Positions 41,762 to 51,457 of a stretch of 64,000 nt of DNA are shown piece by piece (position 1 is the stretch's first letter; the number at the start of each line of letters is the position of its first letter). Origin of the DNA: Myxococcota bacterium (lineage in GTDB: Bacteria; Myxococcota; XYA12-FULL-58-9; JALHOP01); NCBI GenBank assembly GCA_041288095.1, contig JBGGMJ010000105.1:1-64000 (forward strand), in the 5' to 3' direction. A model generated the notes under the pieces. The model was not told where the DNA came from, did no database searches, and saw only the letters and a list, made by a program, of their open reading frames with translations. Both the position numbers and the translations under genes were made by a program.

Positions 41762-42561
41762 AGAAGCCCTGGACCAGCCTCGAGCAGCTCGCCATGTCGA
41801 TCCCCGATGGCTCGCTCATCGCCACGGGTGGCTTCATGCTCGGCCGCGCTCCGCTCGCGGTCGTTCTCGAGCTCATTCGCAAGGGTGCGCGCGACCTGCG
41901 CTTGATGTCGCTACCCAATCCGCTGCCGGCCGAGCTCTTGGTCGCGGGCGGGTGTCTTGCGCGCGTCGAAGCAGCGTTCATCGCCATCAACATCGACGGT
42001 CGCTTGCGCGCCATGCCGTGCTTGAAACGCGCCATCGAGAGCGGCGCGGTCGCCTGGACCGAGCACGACGGCTATCGGGTCGTGCAGCGCCTACGCGCCG
42101 CCGGCATGGGTCTGCCGTTCATTCCCGCGCCCGACGCCGAGACTTGCGAGCTCGCGGCCGCCGAGCCGCCGCCCATCGTCATCGATCCATTCAGCGGTAG
42201 GCCGGTCGCGGTCGAGCCCGCTGTCTATCCCGACGTCGCGATCGTCCACGCGCAAGCGGCGGATGAGGCCGGCAACCTCTTCATCGACGATCCGACGACC
42301 GATCTGCTGGTCTGCAACGCGGCGAAGCGCGTGCTCGCAACGGCCGAGACCAGAGTCGCGAAGCTCTCCCGGGTCACCATCCCTGGCTTTCAAGTCGAGG
42401 CGGTTGCCTTGGCGGCGGGCGGCGCTCTGCCGACCGGCTGTGCCGGCCACTACAGCTTCGATGAGCCCGCCTTGCTCGCCTATCTCGCGTCCGCTGAAGC
42501 GGGCAAGGCCGACGAGTGGCTCGCCGGCGTTCTGCATCGTGAAAGCGCGAGGGTCGCGTGA
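41758..42561 (+). CDS. aibA: CoA-transferase-like 3-methylglutaconyl-CoA decarboxylase subunit A
   Basis: CoA-transferase A fold (GGFMLGRAP, LRAAGMGLPF, PDVAIVHAQ). Gene order matches the Myxococcus aib operon. Confidence 0.85.
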   Translation: MKKPWTSLEQLAMSIPDGSLIATGGFMLGRAPLAVVLELIRKGARDLRLMSLPNPLPAELLVAGGCLARVEAAFIAINIDGRLRAMPCLKRAIESGAVAWTEHDGYRVVQRLRAAGMGLPFIPAPDAETCELAAAEPPPIVIDPFSGRPVAVEPAVYPDVAIVHAQAADEAGNLFIDDPTTDLLVCNAAKRVLATAETRVAKLSRVTIPGFQVEAVALAAGGALPTGCAGHYSFDEPALLAYLASAEAGKADEWLAGVLHRESARVA

Positions 42562-43280
42562 AGATGACCGCCGCCGACACCCTAGTGACCTTGATGGCGA
42601 GCGCCCTCGAAGACGGCGCGGTCGTCGCCACCGGCGTCGCATCCCCTCTCGCCATCCTCGCCATCGCCGTCGCCCAAGCAACGCACGCCCCACGGTTGCG
42701 CTACCTCGCGTGCGTCGGCGCCCTCGACCCCGACTTGGGCACGCTGCACCGCTCGTCGGAAGATCTGCGCTTCCTCGACGGCCGTAGTGGCGACGTCGCC
42801 ATTCCCGACCTCTTCGATCACGCCCGCCGTGGCCGCATCGACACCATCTTCTTCGGCGCGGCCCAGGTGGACGGCCAGGGGCGCACCAACATGAGCGCCA
42901 TCGGCTCGCTGACGAGGCCCAAGGCAAAGCTCCCGGGCGTCGCCGGTGCCGCGACGCTACGCCGCTGGATCAAGCGACCAATTCTCGTGGTGCCCAAGCA
43001 CACGCCACGCACCTTGGTGCACGCCGTCGATGTCGTCTCGACCGCTGATCCGCAACGCCGCGTCACTCTGCTCACGGATCTTGCGACCTTCGAGCTCGGT
43101 GAAGGCGGCGCCGTGCTCACCTCGCGTCATCCATGGGTGAGCTACGAAGAGATCGCCGAGCGCACCGGCTTTACGTATGCCATAGCGGACACTTCCATCA
43201 CCGATCTACCGACACCGTCGATCATCAACGCCATCAACTCCATCGACAAACACGGCCTGCGTCACGGGCTGGTTGGATAA
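42558..43280 (+). CDS. aibB: 3-methylglutaconyl-CoA decarboxylase subunit B
   Basis: ATGVASP, FFGAAQVDGQGRTN, LPGVAGA; operon context. Confidence 0.85.
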   Translation: MKMTAADTLVTLMASALEDGAVVATGVASPLAILAIAVAQATHAPRLRYLACVGALDPDLGTLHRSSEDLRFLDGRSGDVAIPDLFDHARRGRIDTIFFGAAQVDGQGRTNMSAIGSLTRPKAKLPGVAGAATLRRWIKRPILVVPKHTPRTLVHAVDVVSTADPQRRVTLLTDLATFELGEGGAVLTSRHPWVSYEEIAERTGFTYAIADTSITDLPTPSIINAINSIDKHGLRHGLVG

Positions 43281-43286
43281 TTTCAC

Positions 43287-44330
43287 ATGCAAGCCATCAT
43301 GCTCCGCAAGTTCGGCGAGCCGAACAACTTGAAGCTCGAGACTCTCCCCGACCCGCGACCCGATCGCGGCGAGGTGCTCATCAAGGTCCGCGCCTGCGGT
43401 GTCTGCTATCACGACGTCATCATGCGCCGTGGCAAGCTCCCCGGCACGTCCGTTCCAGCGGTTCTGGGCCACGAGGTCGTGGGCGAGATCGTCGAGATCG
43501 GCCACGGCGTGAAGGAATTCTCGGTCGGCGAGCGTGTCGCGACCTTGCAACGCATGTCGTGCGGCGACTGTGAGCACTGCCAGGCCAATCGGGCTTCACT
43601 CTGCAAGGTCGATCGCCGATTCTTCGGGGAAGAGATCTACGGCGGCTACGCCACGATGATGACCGCCCCGGTGCGAGGCATCTGCCGCGTCCCCGACAGC
43701 CTCACGTGGCACGACGCCGCCATCGCCTGCTGCACCACTGGTACCGCCGTTCACGTCTGCCGCACGCGCGGCCGTGTCCGCCCCGGCGACACCGTGCTCA
43801 TCACCGGCGCATCGGGCGGAGTCGGTCTCCAAGCAGTGCAGCTGTGCCGCCTCGATGGTGCGCGCGTCATCGCGGTCACCTCGAACGAGGCCAAGGCGAA
43901 GGCTCTCGAAGCCGCAGGCGCCCATCACGTCGTCGTCTCGCCCGACCTCAAGTTCGCGTCGCAGGTACGCAAGGTCGCCGGTGGCGACGGCGTCAACGTC
44001 GCGCTCGAGATCGTCGGCGCTCAAACCTTCGCGCAGACCCTCAAGTGCATGGCCCCCGCCGGCCGCATCGTCGTCGTCGGCAACCTCGACACCGGCGAAG
44101 CGCAGCTCAACCCGGGACTCGTCATCGTCAAGGAGCTCGAGATCATCGGCGCCTACGCCACCACCCGCGACGAGCTCGAGACCGCTTTCGCGCTCACCGC
44201 GCAAGGCCTCATCCGCAGCGATGTCGCCGAAATCCTACCCCTCACCGAAGCCGCTAAAGCCCATTTCCGTTTGGAGAACCGCGAGGTAGTAGGTCGCCTC
44301 GTGCTCGTTCCCCCAGGAGAATTGTCGTGA
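43287..44330 (+). CDS. aibC: Zn-dependent MDR oxidoreductase (dimethylacrylyl-CoA reductase)
   Basis: CGVCYHD, GHE, CGDCEHC, GASGGVG; operon context. Confidence 0.8.
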   Translation: MQAIMLRKFGEPNNLKLETLPDPRPDRGEVLIKVRACGVCYHDVIMRRGKLPGTSVPAVLGHEVVGEIVEIGHGVKEFSVGERVATLQRMSCGDCEHCQANRASLCKVDRRFFGEEIYGGYATMMTAPVRGICRVPDSLTWHDAAIACCTTGTAVHVCRTRGRVRPGDTVLITGASGGVGLQAVQLCRLDGARVIAVTSNEAKAKALEAAGAHHVVVSPDLKFASQVRKVAGGDGVNVALEIVGAQTFAQTLKCMAPAGRIVVVGNLDTGEAQLNPGLVIVKELEIIGAYATTRDELETAFALTAQGLIRSDVAEILPLTEAAKAHFRLENREVVGRLVLVPPGELS

Positions 44331-45580
44331 ATCAGCGTGTCGGTATCGAAGCTCTTACCATTGCCGTCCCCGAGCGTTTCTTGGCGCTCGAAGACCTCGC
44401 CGTCGCCCGAGGCGTCGAGCCCGCGAAGTTCACGGCAGGCCTCGGCGGTCGTGAGATGGCCGTTGCCGACCCCGGCGAAGACAGCGTCGCGCTCGCCGCC
44501 ACCGCGGTCGCCAAGCTCCTGAAGAGCTACGCCATCGACCCGAACCGCATCGGCATGCTGGTCGTCGGCACCGAGACCGGCGTCGACCACTCGAAGGCGG
44601 TCGCCTCGTACGTGCAAGGCCTGCTCGGTCTGCCGCGCGGCATGCGCACCTACGACACGCAACACGCCTGCTATGGCGGAACCGCCGCGTTGATGGCCGC
44701 GAGCGATTGGGTAGCAGCCGGTCACGCGCACGGCAAAGCCGCCATCGTCGTCTGCTCCGACATCGCGCGCTACGGTCTGCGCACCGCCGGCGAGCCGACG
44801 CAGGGCGCGGGCGCCGTGGCGTTGCTCGTCTCCGACAAGCCAGACCTCTTCGAGCTCGATCGCGGCGTTTCGGGCATGGCCTCGAGCCACGTCTTCGACT
44901 TCTGGCGACCGCTGGGCTCGCGTGAAGCCGTCGTCGACGGTCACTACTCGATCAACTGCTACCTCGAGGCTCTCGGCGACGCCTACGCAGGCTATCTCAA
45001 GCTCGCCCTCGATCGCGAGGTTGTCCGCCACAGCGAACAACTCCCGTCGGAGCAGCTATCGCGCATCGCCTACCACGTGCCCTTCTGCAAGATGGCGAAG
45101 AAGGCCCACTTTCACCTGCGCAAGACCGAGGTGAAGGCGCGCCTGGGCCGTGAGCTGACGGCCGAGGAACAGACCGCCGAAGACCGCGCCGCGACCATCT
45201 CGTTCGAGAACCAGGTGGCGCCGACCCTCGCGCTCGCCGCGCGCATCGGCAACACCTATACCGGCTCGCTCTATCTCGGGCTCGCAAGCCTCTTGCAAAC
45301 CCAAGGCGCATCACTCGCCGGCAAGCGCATCTGCATGTTCTCGTACGGCAGCGGCAACTCGAGCGAGTTCTTCTCGGGTGTCGTCGGCGCCAACGCGTCC
45401 GCCACCATCGCCAAGGCCGAGCTCGACCAGCTCCTCGCCAACCGCCGCCGCGTCACCATGGAAGAGTACGAGCAGGTCATGGAGATGAACGCCACGACGC
45501 CGCCAGCCGCGACGCCGCGCCCCGGCACCTTCCGCTTCACGGGAATCACCGAGCACAGGCGCAATTACATCGCGGGTTAA
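44327..45580 (+). CDS. mvaS: Hydroxymethylglutaryl-CoA synthase
   Basis: VGTETGVDHSK, HACYGG, GEPTQGAGA, DFWRP, YHVPF, GNTYTGSL, SYGSG. Confidence 0.95.
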   Translation: MNQRVGIEALTIAVPERFLALEDLAVARGVEPAKFTAGLGGREMAVADPGEDSVALAATAVAKLLKSYAIDPNRIGMLVVGTETGVDHSKAVASYVQGLLGLPRGMRTYDTQHACYGGTAALMAASDWVAAGHAHGKAAIVVCSDIARYGLRTAGEPTQGAGAVALLVSDKPDLFELDRGVSGMASSHVFDFWRPLGSREAVVDGHYSINCYLEALGDAYAGYLKLALDREVVRHSEQLPSEQLSRIAYHVPFCKMAKKAHFHLRKTEVKARLGRELTAEEQTAEDRAATISFENQVAPTLALAARIGNTYTGSLYLGLASLLQTQGASLAGKRICMFSYGSGNSSEFFSGVVGANASATIAKAELDQLLANRRRVTMEEYEQVMEMNATTPPAATPRPGTFRFTGITEHRRNYIAG

Positions 45581-45651
45581 TGGGGACACTAACCATTTTC
45601 GCCTTGCCGGTAGACCTGCGCTGTTTTGGGAAAATGGTTGGTGTCCCCATT
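45579..45651. repeat. REP/MITE-like inverted repeat (22-bp arms, 29-nt spacer), may also terminate the aib operon
   Basis: AATGGGGACACTAACCATTTTC ... GAAAATGGTTGGTGTCCCCATT with one mismatch; TTAA at both ends. Confidence 0.75.
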
Positions 45652-45685
45652 TAACGCGAGCTAAGGGTGCGACAGGGAGGTTCCC

Positions 45686-46801
45686 ATGCGCACCCGTGCC
45701 GCCGTTGCTTACGAAGCCGGCAAACCGCTGGTCGTCGAAGAAGTCGAGCTCGAAGGGCCCAAGGCGGGCGAGGTCTTGGTCGAGATCAAGGCCACCGGCG
45801 TCTGCCACACCGATGAGTTCACGCGCTCGGGCGCCGACCCCGAGGGGCTCTTTCCGGTCATCTTCGGGCACGAAGGGGCCGGCGTCGTCGTCGATGTTGG
45901 CCCCGGCGTCACCACCCTCACGAAGGGTGACCACGTCATCCCGCTCTACACGCCGGAGTGCCGCGGTTGTAAGTCGTGCCTGTCGCGCAAGACCAACCTC
46001 TGCACCGCGATTCGCGGGACTCAGGGCAAGGGTCTGATGCCCGACAGCACCAGCCGCTTCTCCATCGGCAAGACGAAGATCCATCACTACATGGGCTGCT
46101 CGACGTTCGCGCAGCACACCGTGTTGCCCGAGATTGCTCTCGCCAAGGTCCGCGAAGACGCGCCGTTCGACAAGATCTGCTACATCGGCTGCGGCGTCAC
46201 CACCGGTATCGGCGCGGTCATCTACACCGCTAAAGTGGAACCGGGCGCCAACGTCGTCGTCTTCGGCTTGGGCGGCATCGGCTTGAACGTCGTGCAGGGC
46301 GCGCGCATGGCCGGCGCCGACAAGATCATCGGCGTCGACATCAACCCGAAGCGCGAGCAGTTGGCGCGGCAGTTCGGGCTCACGCACTTCGTCAATCCCA
46401 ACGAGGTGAAGGGCGATCTCGTGGGGCACCTGGTCGAGCTCACCGGCGGCGGCGCCGATTACAGCTTCGAGTGCGTCGGCAACGTAAAGCTCATGCGCCA
46501 GGCGCTCGAGTGCTGCCATCGCGGTTGGGGCGTGAGCGTGGTCATCGGTGTCGCGGGCGCGGGTCAGGAGATCAGCACGCGGCCGTTCCAGCTGGTCACC
46601 GGTCGCGTCTGGAAGGGCTCGGCCTTCGGTGGCGCGCGCGGCCGCACCGACGTACCCAAGATCGTCGACTGGTATATGGAGAAGAAGATCGCGATCGATC
46701 CGCTGATCACGCACAAGCTGCCGCTATCGCGGATTAACGAGGCTTTCGACCTCATGCACTCGGGCGAATCGATCCGCACGGTGGTGGAGTTTGCGTCATG
46801 A
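45686..46801 (+). CDS. frmA: S-(hydroxymethyl)glutathione dehydrogenase (class III ADH)
   Basis: [39 protein letters not shown]. Confidence 0.97.
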   Translation: MRTRAAVAYEAGKPLVVEEVELEGPKAGEVLVEIKATGVCHTDEFTRSGADPEGLFPVIFGHEGAGVVVDVGPGVTTLTKGDHVIPLYTPECRGCKSCLSRKTNLCTAIRGTQGKGLMPDSTSRFSIGKTKIHHYMGCSTFAQHTVLPEIALAKVREDAPFDKICYIGCGVTTGIGAVIYTAKVEPGANVVVFGLGGIGLNVVQGARMAGADKIIGVDINPKREQLARQFGLTHFVNPNEVKGDLVGHLVELTGGGADYSFECVGNVKLMRQALECCHRGWGVSVVIGVAGAGQEISTRPFQLVTGRVWKGSAFGGARGRTDVPKIVDWYMEKKIAIDPLITHKLPLSRINEAFDLMHSGESIRTVVEFAS

Positions 46802-47631
46802 CAATCACGGCCAAGAGCGAGCACCGCGTCTTCAACGGCGTGCAAGGCTTCTACGAGCACGAGAGCAAGGTGTGCGGCGGACCGATGCGCTTCGGCGTGT
46901 ACATGCCGCCGTGGAAGAAACCGCCGGTCGTCTATTACCTCGCCGGCCTCGAGTGTAACGAACAGACCTTCGCGATGAAGGCGGGCGCGCAGCGTATCGC
47001 CGCGGAGCTAGGGCTTGCGCTGGTGATGCCGGATACCTCGCCACGCTCGGCGCGCTTTCCCGGCGATGACACGGCGTGGGATTTCGGCCAGGCCGCGAGC
47101 TTCTACGTCGACGCGACCCAAGCGCCGTGGTCGTCCGCCTATCGGATGCGCAGCTATGTCCTCGACGAGCTCCGCCAGGTGGTGGAGCAGCGCTTCAGCG
47201 TCGCTAGCGACCGCCGCGGCATCATGGGCCACTCGGTGGGCGGACACGGCGCGCTCACCCTCGGTTTGTCCGCTGACGCGTACGACAGCGTCTCGGCGAT
47301 CGCTCCGGTGGTCGCGCCGTCCCAGGTGCCGTGGGGCCAGAAGGCCTTCGCGAGCTACCTCGGCGACGACAAGGCAACCTGGGCGCTCTACGACGCCACG
47401 GCGCTCGTCACCTCGGGCAAGCGCACGCGCAATCCCGTGCGCATCGACCAGGGCAGCGCCGACAAGTTCCTCTCGACGCAGCTCAGGCCCGAGCTCTTCG
47501 CCGCCGCCTGCAAGTCGCGAGGCGAGGCTCTCGAGCTGGTGATGCACGAGGGTTACGACCACGGGTACTACTTCGTCAGCACGGTGATCTCGCTACAGCT
47601 GCAACATCACGCGGGATTCCTGCGCCGGTAG
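46798..47631 (+). CDS. fghA: S-formylglutathione hydrolase
   Basis: [42 protein letters not shown]. Confidence 0.93.
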   Translation: MTITAKSEHRVFNGVQGFYEHESKVCGGPMRFGVYMPPWKKPPVVYYLAGLECNEQTFAMKAGAQRIAAELGLALVMPDTSPRSARFPGDDTAWDFGQAASFYVDATQAPWSSAYRMRSYVLDELRQVVEQRFSVASDRRGIMGHSVGGHGALTLGLSADAYDSVSAIAPVVAPSQVPWGQKAFASYLGDDKATWALYDATALVTSGKRTRNPVRIDQGSADKFLSTQLRPELFAAACKSRGEALELVMHEGYDHGYYFVSTVISLQLQHHAGFLRR

Positions 47632-47640
47632 ATTTTGGCG

Positions 47641-47667
47641 CAACCGGCGTCACCGTCTGCCCGATAA
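47641..47667 (+). promoter_or_regulatory. sigma28-like promoter CAAC-N16-CCGATAA
   Basis: GCGCAACCGGCGTCACCGTCTGCCCGATAA; both boxes are near-identical to the 12623 site. Confidence 0.6.
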
Positions 47668-47674
47668 GTAGACT

Positions 47675-48151
47675 GTGAAACCGATAATGGGGACGTGTGT
47701 ATCGCGATGCTTGTCGATCGCGTTCGCTGCGGCATGGATTGTCGCCGGCGGTGTCGCCTGCTCGACCCGCGTTTCGCCGCTCAAGCGCCTCGATCCCCAG
47801 CAAGTCCAGGTGCCTTGCGAAGACACCGAAGAGGGGTGCCCCGAGGAAGAGAGCCCTTGCCCCGAGATCGAGCCCATCGTCGATCACTGCGCCGGCTGGG
47901 CGAGCTCGGACGAGCGCGATAGCTGCGAGGACCTGAATCCGCTCGAAGAAGGCTGCATCGCAGACATTCTGAACGAGCTCGCGGAAAGCGGCGACGAGTG
48001 CATCAACTGGTACGAGCCGCGCATCATTTGCATCGGCGAGCACATCGGCCTCGAGGGTTATGCCTCGTGCGCCATCCAAGATTGCTTGGGGATCACCAAG
48101 CTCGAGGAGTGCGCGCTCGCCTTCGAGATTCAGTGCGGGTGGACGCTATGA
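47675..48151 (+). CDS. Cys-rich acidic lipoprotein
   Basis: Lipobox GVAC and many Cys. Start is GTG 47675 or ATG 47687. Confidence 0.75.
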   Translation: MKPIMGTCVSRCLSIAFAAAWIVAGGVACSTRVSPLKRLDPQQVQVPCEDTEEGCPEEESPCPEIEPIVDHCAGWASSDERDSCEDLNPLEEGCIADILNELAESGDECINWYEPRIICIGEHIGLEGYASCAIQDCLGITKLEECALAFEIQCGWTL

Positions 48152-49425
48152 ACGCAGAGGCAGCGAAAGCGGTTGGTGGCGACGAGCAGACCCTGACGAT
48201 GACGCTCAGGCGTTCGGAACCGACGGTCATTCCCGTCGCCGCGACGGGTCCGGTCCACGAGCTGACGAACCTCGCCGTCAATGACCAGGGTGATCAAGTC
48301 GAGGACCGCAGATCGTCGCTCGTTCACCGCCCACCCCGCGATCGCTCGCGCTTGCCGACACCACGCCTCGCGGGCGGCGCCGCCGAGCCCTTGGCTACGG
48401 ACAACATCATCGCTGCCCAGGCGCTAAGCCAGGCCGCCGAGCTACTGGGCGTCGACGTCGCGGAGATGCCGCGCCTCATCACCATGCTCCGCGCCTCGCT
48501 GGTGGCACGCAGCGCCAGCCTCGACATTCTGATCGCCGAAGGGGACAAGCTCGGGCTCACTCCCCACGACGCGCTCGCGACTCTGATCGCGACGAGTCTG
48601 CCGGAGCGGTTCGCCTCGGTCGCGGAGTTCGCGAGACGTGCTCCGAACGGCCAAGCCCAAGCGACGCTCTCGATGTACGTCACCGCGCTGCTGTCGACTC
48701 AGCTCGCGCGCACCATGCCGCCACGCGAGGCACTGCGGGTCGCCGCCATTGCTTCGGGCAGACTGACCCACCTTTCGCCCGAGGACATCTTTTTGGTGTC
48801 CGTCGCGGTGCCGACGCTGATTGACGGTATGGGCCGCGCAGGGCGCATCGAAGCCAGCACCACCGTCGCCGCTTTGGTCCACGCCGCGCCCGAGCTCTTG
48901 GCGCGCGTCACCCGCGAGAATCGCGAGACCCGACTGCTCATCGAGGCACGCGCCATGGCCGAACGCTGGCACGATCCCAACGAGCCCGACGCGCGCGGTC
49001 TCGCCATCGCCGCCGCCTTCGTCTTGCTCGCGAGCTCGCCGACGCCAGAACAGGCCCGCGCTCTCTTCGAGCGGGCGCACCTCGCCGTCGGTAGCGCCGC
49101 GCCGCGAATCATCCTGTCCTCTGCCGCGGACGAAGAACGCGATGACGACATCGATGTGCGCTTGACCAGCACCCTCGATCGCCTCGAGCCCTTCCTCGAC
49201 AACTATGATCGCCTGCGCGCCCAGTTGGTCACGGTGAACGCTGTCCCGCGCGCCGAGCTCTGCAACGCGTTGCACGGTCAGCTGACGCGTGGGTCCGAGC
49301 AGTTCTACCTCGCTCTGCTGTCGCTTCTGCGCCGCCACCAGGCTTTTGCCACGCGCCCCGGCACGCGCGCCCTGCGCACGGCGCTCGAAGACCGTGACAC
49401 GTGGGACCGCCTCGCCGTAGCTTGA
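48148..49425 (+). CDS. Hypothetical alpha-helical protein
   Basis: ATGA overlap with the previous stop; disordered N-terminus and Ala/Leu-rich body. Confidence 0.65.
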   Translation: MNAEAAKAVGGDEQTLTMTLRRSEPTVIPVAATGPVHELTNLAVNDQGDQVEDRRSSLVHRPPRDRSRLPTPRLAGGAAEPLATDNIIAAQALSQAAELLGVDVAEMPRLITMLRASLVARSASLDILIAEGDKLGLTPHDALATLIATSLPERFASVAEFARRAPNGQAQATLSMYVTALLSTQLARTMPPREALRVAAIASGRLTHLSPEDIFLVSVAVPTLIDGMGRAGRIEASTTVAALVHAAPELLARVTRENRETRLLIEARAMAERWHDPNEPDARGLAIAAAFVLLASSPTPEQARALFERAHLAVGSAAPRIILSSAADEERDDDIDVRLTSTLDRLEPFLDNYDRLRAQLVTVNAVPRAELCNALHGQLTRGSEQFYLALLSLLRRHQAFATRPGTRALRTALEDRDTWDRLAVA

Positions 49426-49429
49426 GGCC

Positions 49430-50971
49430 ATGACGAGACGCTGGTCGCGTCGTGAAGTCCTGGGAACCGCCGCCTTCGCGCTTGGCGCGGCAGCGTGCCG
49501 TCACGTCTGGCCGACGAACCGGAGCGTCGCTGACAGCCGCGGCGAGACGATCTATCTCGCCGCCGTCGACCGCGCCGCTGCCCTGGCCCGGGCAGCCTAC
49601 GTACCGCGTCCTGACGACCTGCCGCCGGTCCTGCGCGACATCGGCTACCTCACCTATCAAGACATCGCGTTCCGGCAAGAAGCGGCCGTCCGCTTGAGCG
49701 ATCGGTTCTCGCTGCAGCTCTTCCATCGCGGACACTTCCACAAGGGCCGCGCCGACATCTTCATCCAGCCGCGTGAGGGACCGGAGCGCGCGCTGAACTA
49801 CGATCAAACACGCTTCAGCTTCGGCGAGGACCTCGCGAGCCAGCGCTTCGAGACGAGCCTGGGTCATCCGGGCTTCCGCTTGCACGACGAGCGCGGCGAG
49901 TTCCTCGTGTTTCTGGATGCGGCGTACTTCCGTTTGCGCGGCAGCGAGCAGGAGTACGGCCTCTCGGGCCGAGGCGTCGCCATCGACACGGGCCGCGGTG
50001 ATGCGCCCGAGGAGTTCCCCGACTTCACCACCTTCTGGGTGATTGAGCCCGAGGACGGCGCCCCGTTCGTCGATATCGTGGCGCTGCTCGATGGCCCGAG
50101 CGTCACCGGCGCCTACTTGTTTCGCGCCCAGCCCGGCAGCTCGGCGACGCTCACCGTGCGCACGACTGTCTTCTTGCGCAAGCCGGTCGAGACACTGGGC
50201 CTAGCGCCGCTCACCAGCATGTTCGTCCACGGCAGCAACGGACCGCTCGGGCACTACGACGACTTCAGACCCGAGGTGCACGACTCGGACGGTCTGTTTC
50301 TGCGGACAGCAAGCGAGCCGGCCGCGTGGCGTCCCTTGATCAACGGACGGCCGACGCCACGCACCTCGACCTTCACGACACCAGGCCTCGAGAGCTTCGC
50401 GCTCTTGCAGCGCCAACGCCGCTTCGATCACTACGTCGACACCCGCGCCCGCTACGAGGATCGGCCCGGCGTCATCGTCGATGTCGGCGACGATTTCCCA
50501 AAGGGCGACGTGCGCCTCTACGAGATCCCATCGCCCGAAGAGTACATGGACAACATCGTCGCCTACGTGTCGCCGTCCACGCAGCCAACTCCGGGCGCGC
50601 CGCTCGCTTTCAGCTACCGCTTGTCGACGGTAGGGAGCGAGCCGGTGGCGAAGCTTGGCCAGGTCATCTGGACGCGCATCGGCTCGGCCGAGCGCATGCG
50701 TTACCTCGACCCACCGATCCCCGGCCGACGCATCTACTTCATCGACTGGGCGGGCGAGGAGCTGCCTCGCGATCCGACCGCGAAGGTCACCGCTGAGGTG
50801 ATTGCCTCGACCGGCACCATCGTCGAGCCGGTCGTCGAATACGTGGCCAAAACGCGCGGCTGGCGCGTCTACTTCGAGCATCGACCTTTTGCGGATGCTG
50901 TGGCAGAGCTGCGCGCGACGTTGCATTTGGGCGGCCGCCAGATCGTCGAAACGTGGCTGTACGGCACGTAA
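49430..50971 (+). CDS. opgG: Periplasmic glucan biosynthesis protein OpgG/OpgD family
   Basis: Tat signal SRREVL; FLDAAYFR, YGLSGRGVAIDT, EEFPDF, DDFRPEVHDSDGL, DNIVAY, ETWLY. Confidence 0.9.
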   Translation: MTRRWSRREVLGTAAFALGAAACRHVWPTNRSVADSRGETIYLAAVDRAAALARAAYVPRPDDLPPVLRDIGYLTYQDIAFRQEAAVRLSDRFSLQLFHRGHFHKGRADIFIQPREGPERALNYDQTRFSFGEDLASQRFETSLGHPGFRLHDERGEFLVFLDAAYFRLRGSEQEYGLSGRGVAIDTGRGDAPEEFPDFTTFWVIEPEDGAPFVDIVALLDGPSVTGAYLFRAQPGSSATLTVRTTVFLRKPVETLGLAPLTSMFVHGSNGPLGHYDDFRPEVHDSDGLFLRTASEPAAWRPLINGRPTPRTSTFTTPGLESFALLQRQRRFDHYVDTRARYEDRPGVIVDVGDDFPKGDVRLYEIPSPEEYMDNIVAYVSPSTQPTPGAPLAFSYRLSTVGSEPVAKLGQVIWTRIGSAERMRYLDPPIPGRRIYFIDWAGEELPRDPTAKVTAEVIASTGTIVEPVVEYVAKTRGWRVYFEHRPFADAVAELRATLHLGGRQIVETWLYGT

Positions 50972-50983
50972 GGAGCCGGGAGT

Positions 50984-51454
50984 ATGCACTCGCTGATCTT
51001 CACCATCGTCCTCGCTGGCAGCACCGCCGAGGTGCTGGGGCTCGCGCCCAAGGGTGGCGACACACAGGTTCCTTGCGCCGCCTGGTCGAATCCCAAGGCC
51101 GACACGGCCGGCGTCATCCAGGTGGCGCTCTCCGCTGACAAGGACGGCAAAGGCCCCGAGGGCTACGACGGCTACCCGGTCGCGGTGAAGCTCGCCGACA
51201 ACCGCGCGCGCACCTGCCGCTTCGCGGGGCAGCTCAAGCTCGCTGACAAGATGCTCGGCGTCTACGAGATCAGGCCCGAAAGCCGCGTCGACAACTGCTT
51301 GCTGCTCGTCGACCTGGGCAAGAAGGCGATCTTACACGACCGCAAAGGCACCTGTGCCAAGGCCCTGTGCAACGGATTGGTACTCGACAATCTCACGTTC
51401 CCGTTCGACGCCAAGATGAAGACCTGCATGGCGAAGCGTCCCGAAGGCCAGTGA
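50984..51454 (+). CDS. Hypothetical secreted protein
   Basis: AGGAG RBS, hydrophobic N-terminus, six Cys. Confidence 0.7.
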   Translation: MHSLIFTIVLAGSTAEVLGLAPKGGDTQVPCAAWSNPKADTAGVIQVALSADKDGKGPEGYDGYPVAVKLADNRARTCRFAGQLKLADKMLGVYEIRPESRVDNCLLLVDLGKKAILHDRKGTCAKALCNGLVLDNLTFPFDAKMKTCMAKRPEGQ

Positions 51455-51457
51455 CCG

